A DNA stretch of 54,517 nt, the filler included, from Bipalium vagum (lineage: Eukaryota), in assembly GCA_037834085.1 (NCBI GenBank). It is 3 parts of 3 records of this genome, joined end to end, with 100 filler letters (N's around TTAATTAATTAA, not from the genome) between each part and the next. Parts side by side here need not be neighbours in the genome. Positions count along the whole stretch, not along the records: positions 38,414 to 54,517 come from JBBMKC010127044.1; 2 more parts are not named here. One strand, 5' to 3'. Position numbers and translations under genes: made by a program. Each line of letters starts with the position of its first letter. Position 1 is the first letter of the stretch. Below the pieces are notes generated by a model. It worked only from the letters and a program-made list of their open reading frames with translations, had not been told where the DNA came from and searched no databases. Below, piece after piece: positions 50,930-54,517 of this stretch.

Positions 50930-51374
50930 ATGAAAGGTCATTTTCTCTCTTTTTTCTATTGTTGGATTTGTCTGGTGACATTTTTTCCATTATTATTGTA
51001 CAATGGGGTTCAGTTGTAATCTCTCATGATAATGAGGTTCATTTAACTTGAATATAACATTCACCATCAGTTTGAGAACGTTAAAGCATTTCCTTTCCAT
51101 TCCAGTGGATACAATCGTCAGTCTGATAAAAAATAAAAATGACGAAACGTTTTTCTCTTAATCATTTTTCTAAAAATAATTCATCAAATTTTTGTACTGG
51201 TTGTCACAAAACAAGACCTGACTTGCAGTGTGGAATTTGTCTGTAATTTAGATTTCATAAGATGAAATAAATGATACTTTTTTAATGCTCTATAATAATA
51301 ATTTTTGTATGTTAATGACCCCTAAAGTCAACCCTCCGCGTTGCGTTTTGGATAATCCCAAGAAGAATGATTAA
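50930..51374 (+). mobile_element. piggyBac-like transposase 3' remnant
   Basis: FFY/LLDLS, TLKHF...IP and FCTGCHKTRPDLQCGIC...FHK Cys-rich tail, ending at TTAA. Confidence 0.55.
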
Positions 51375-52019
51375 CAATATTTTTCATTGCATGCCTTACG
51401 ATCGAGTTTAATTAACATTATTATTATCATCATCAGTTTATTATTATTCTTATAATTAATATTATTAGTAGTGTTAAAACGAAGAACCTAAAACCATCAT
51501 TCTGCACAAATCTTTAAAATTGAAAATTTCAATATTTTTAAAATTATGTATATTTTTCATTTTTTAAAATTTTAATAATTTTTTCTCATTTGTTGAGATC
51601 CTCTTTCAAACTAAACTGCCTAGACTGGTTTAAAGGAAAGAAAATTATAATGTCAAATATCAGATCGATAAAAGCACAAATTATTGATTTTTTTCCAATT
51701 GAAATTAAATCAATATTTTTTACGTTCAGATTGTCAAGTGACAGATTAAAAAGACTGTGAACAACACAAATTTTCCTTATGATTTACTGGCCTTGTAATA
51801 ATGACAAGAACAGTTTAACAATACTGTCTAAAATTAGACTTGCAGAAAAGTGGAACCTCAGTAATTTGTGTTGTGAATTATTGACACATAGACTTCAATA
51901 TTGGCTTCTTCGGCCATTAGTTATATTTTATTTACGTTTCTGACAAATTTTGCAAAGCACTTTCACATTTTTGTATCATATTCTGGTACTTATATTTTAT
52001 ATAGACACAAATAATGGAG

Positions 52020-52490
52020 CATTTCAAAAATGACACGTTTTATTATTTTGATGATAATTTAAACAAACGGAAAACTTTTTTGAGCGCCAATTCAAAATTA
52101 TCAATAAAATTTAGTTTTTAATGTTAAAAGTAACAAATGAAAAGGAATTTAATTATTTTAGTTAATTTTTTTATGGAACAAGTTATTGGAAATTGATTTG
52201 ATTTCTGGTTATTGATAATGGTCTGTATTTAAACTGTAATATTTGACTGTTTCGAGTGTGAACGTGAATTATTGGTTCAGATAAAAGAATGAGATCGGAA
52301 AACAGAGCAGATTTTATACAAAGAAAAAATGCGACGTTTCAAAAATGGCGCGTTTATGATTAACTAATAATTTAAACAAATGTAAACTTTTTGAGATAAT
52401 TCAAAATTTTTTTAATAACAAAAGATACAATGGTAACATTTTCTGTGTATTTGATAAAAATCGATAAAAAATTATTTGATTTCTGGCTTT
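52020..52490. repeat. Degenerate direct duplication (about 280-315-bp period)
   Basis: TTTCAAAAATGRCRCGTTT...TAATTTAAACAAA...AAACTTTTTGAG...AATTCAAAATT at 52022 and 52337; TTTGATTTCTGG near 52197 and 52475. Confidence 0.6.
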
Positions 52491-52799
52491 GGCTCTTTAT
52501 GTCGTTGGATATTTATTTCTTTCTCATTTTGACTTAAGGAGAATAAGAATGATGGCTGAAGATCACCTCCAACCATAAATGATTGGGCATCATCATCATC
52601 CTTCATTCTTACTCTACTACTTCATGGTTAGATCATTAAAATCCATTAATCAATTTATTTTCATCAGCACTGAATGAAAAATGGTATTGTGAATTTTGTA
52701 TAAAAACATCTAGAAAAATTTATTGTGAAGATACGGTTAACCCTGAAAAGATGAATCCAATAAACAAAAAATCGATTTAAAAACTACAACAGAACAATA

Positions 52800-54517
52800 A
52801 AAATTTTTAAGTATTGAAGAAATTCAACGAAAATATGTAAGATTTTTTATAAAAAGAAGATTTCCAATCACCTAGGGCAAATAATGAATTTTGAAATAAA
52901 TTTTCAACTGGGAAATCCAGGAGAATTACATTAAAAATCTTTAAACTATTTTAATAAAACAAATGACAGAACCAGAAACAAATACTGACAAAATATTAGA
53001 AAATATGAAGACGTTATACAACATCATTCAATTCCCTCAATTCTTAAACCAGGTTCCAGTACATTAAATAGAATTGATCAAGCAGCAATAAACATGATTA
53101 AACATATCTTTAATAAGATAGACATGTTGCTGATGTTCAAAGGATGCATGAAAGAAACAATATTCAAAATCCAACTTCAAATGAAAAACTGGAGCAAACT
53201 TCAGTAAAAATAATCATGAAGGGTGTCTGTAAATAATATAGTTTTCCGTCCCCACAAATAGTGTCTGAACTTCTTTACTGCAAACACTATCGCCAAGCCT
53301 TCTTTCTTTATCGTCGCGTAATTAAGCTCGTTCTTCTTCAATCCTCTACTGGCGTAGGCTATGACATGATCTTTTTCACCTTCCGCCTGTTGCGCTAGCA
53401 CTGCTCCAACTGCATAACCACTAGCGTCCGTCATTAACAGAAAAGGTTTCGTCATGTCTGGATACCGCAATACTGGTTCTCGAATTAGTTGTTCTTTCAA
53501 TTGTTCAAAAGCCTTTTGTTGTTCTCTCCCCAAATGAATTTATCAGTTTTTTTCTCTATTTTTATTCACTTGTTTTTCTCGTTTGGCTTTTCTTTTCATT
53601 GCTTTCGTCTTTGCTTTCAACAAATCATTCAAAGGTGTCGCTATTTTTGCATAATTCTTAATGAATCTTCTATAATATCTAATCTCATCTGAGTCGCTTT
53701 TTCTCTGACTGCTCTTACTCTAGCTCAATAGTATAAACTCAGTTCTAGATCTGCCCATCCAACCATTTCCAATCTAATTTTAATCTGTTTCTGATCCACA
53801 CCTCTTAATCTCATATACCTTCTTGGTCTAAATCTACCAACGCCAAGGATGAAAAAGAAGAAGAAAGTGGCACCGACAGCACCATCTGGAGGATACAGGA
53901 GGAGAATATTTGAAAATAAATAGAAATTTACCAATGGTACTCGTGAGATATACATCATTAACAGGATTATGTACTCAAGTATATCCAACACTAGATGGTT
54001 TTGTGTATGATGAAATACCAGGTGAAGAAAGAACAGTAACTGAGTAACCAGAAGAGAGACTACAAGAACGAGAATTGGATGAAGATGAGGTAGCTAGATA
54101 AGGTATTCCAGTACATAAACCTCAAGTAAATATGTTAAGAACGACCAATCAAAGAAAATATAGAACAGACGACAAAAGCGTCATAACGGTTAAGATTAAT
54201 GGTAGGATTTTAACCGCATTTGGACTCAGGCGCAAAAGTTTCAATCATCAATGATAGAGTTTTAACGAATAGCGAGAAGAATAATATGCAACCAGCAACA
54301 TGTGTTCAAACAGTAACAGGTAGAACTTTGAGTTTTTAGGTAAAATCACATGACCTGTGGAACTTGGAGGCCATAAGATAGTACATAGTCTTAGAGTGAT
54401 GGCCGATTGCCCATACAATGGATTGATCGGAATGGACATATTGTTGGGATCCATAGAAAAAGAGGTCCCAGCACCAACCAGCAACAATTCTAAACCAAAA
54501 GAGCAAGAGCTTATGGA
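52800..54517 (+). mobile_element. Decayed Ty3/Gypsy LTR retrotransposon: gag-like sequence and aspartic protease on +, running off the window end
   Basis: VITVKINGRILTAF/DSGAKVSII (about 54180-54250) and ADCPYNGLIGMDILL (54400-54446) retropepsin motifs; upstream gag assignment and left boundary are tentative. Confidence 0.7.
53223..53722 (-). mobile_element. Ty3/Gypsy RT-connection and RNase H fragment in inverted orientation
   Basis: Minus strand YYRRFIKNYAKIATPLNDLLK...FIWGREQQKAFEQLKEQLIREPVLRYPDMTKPFLLMTDASGYAVGAVLAQ...VIAYASRGL...EGLAIVFAVKKFRHYLWG...FTD. Confidence 0.92.

Noticed and set aside
1-54517. tRNA, rRNA or spliced-leader RNA genes
   Set aside because: No cloverleaf, rRNA-like or SL-like sequence recognised by eye; tRNAscan-SE or Infernal would be needed to exclude them.

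Overview
Very AT-rich, intron-containing animal DNA; minimal 41-53 nt introns, (TAA)n microsatellites and dense Tc1/mariner remnants suggest a planarian or other flatworm-like invertebrate (inference only). Two 100-position artificial spacers (44 N + TTAATTAATTAA + 44 N; 18525-18624 and 38314-38413) split the window into three contigs whose adjacency is unproven. Host genes read by hand: (1) a complete 11-exon TRMT13 tRNA 2'-O-methyltransferase gene (1566-3516, +); (2) the first six exons of a MAP1/Futsch-like microtubule-associated protein (5920 to >18524, +), with a Lys-rich region and a homogeneous His/Glu-rich 37-aa (111-bp) tandem array that runs into the gap; (3) transmembrane and cytoplasmic exons of an unidentified single-pass receptor (24718-26538, +); (4) the first coding exon and CCAAT promoter of an unidentified Ser-rich protein (50642-50180, -). 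The rest is mostly decayed transposons: three copies of one Tc1 family (two with nested insertions), about ten mariners, DD41D elements, Chapaev3, piggyBac, a Merlin/MULE-like MITE, a rearranged Ty3/Gypsy element and LINE-like fragments. I found no prokaryote-type system (CRISPR etc.). The best novelty candidates are the His-acidic 37-aa Futsch array, a MITE built from copies of its own terminal repeat, an exon with neuropeptide-like G-RR sites, and microsatellite-seeded palindromes.
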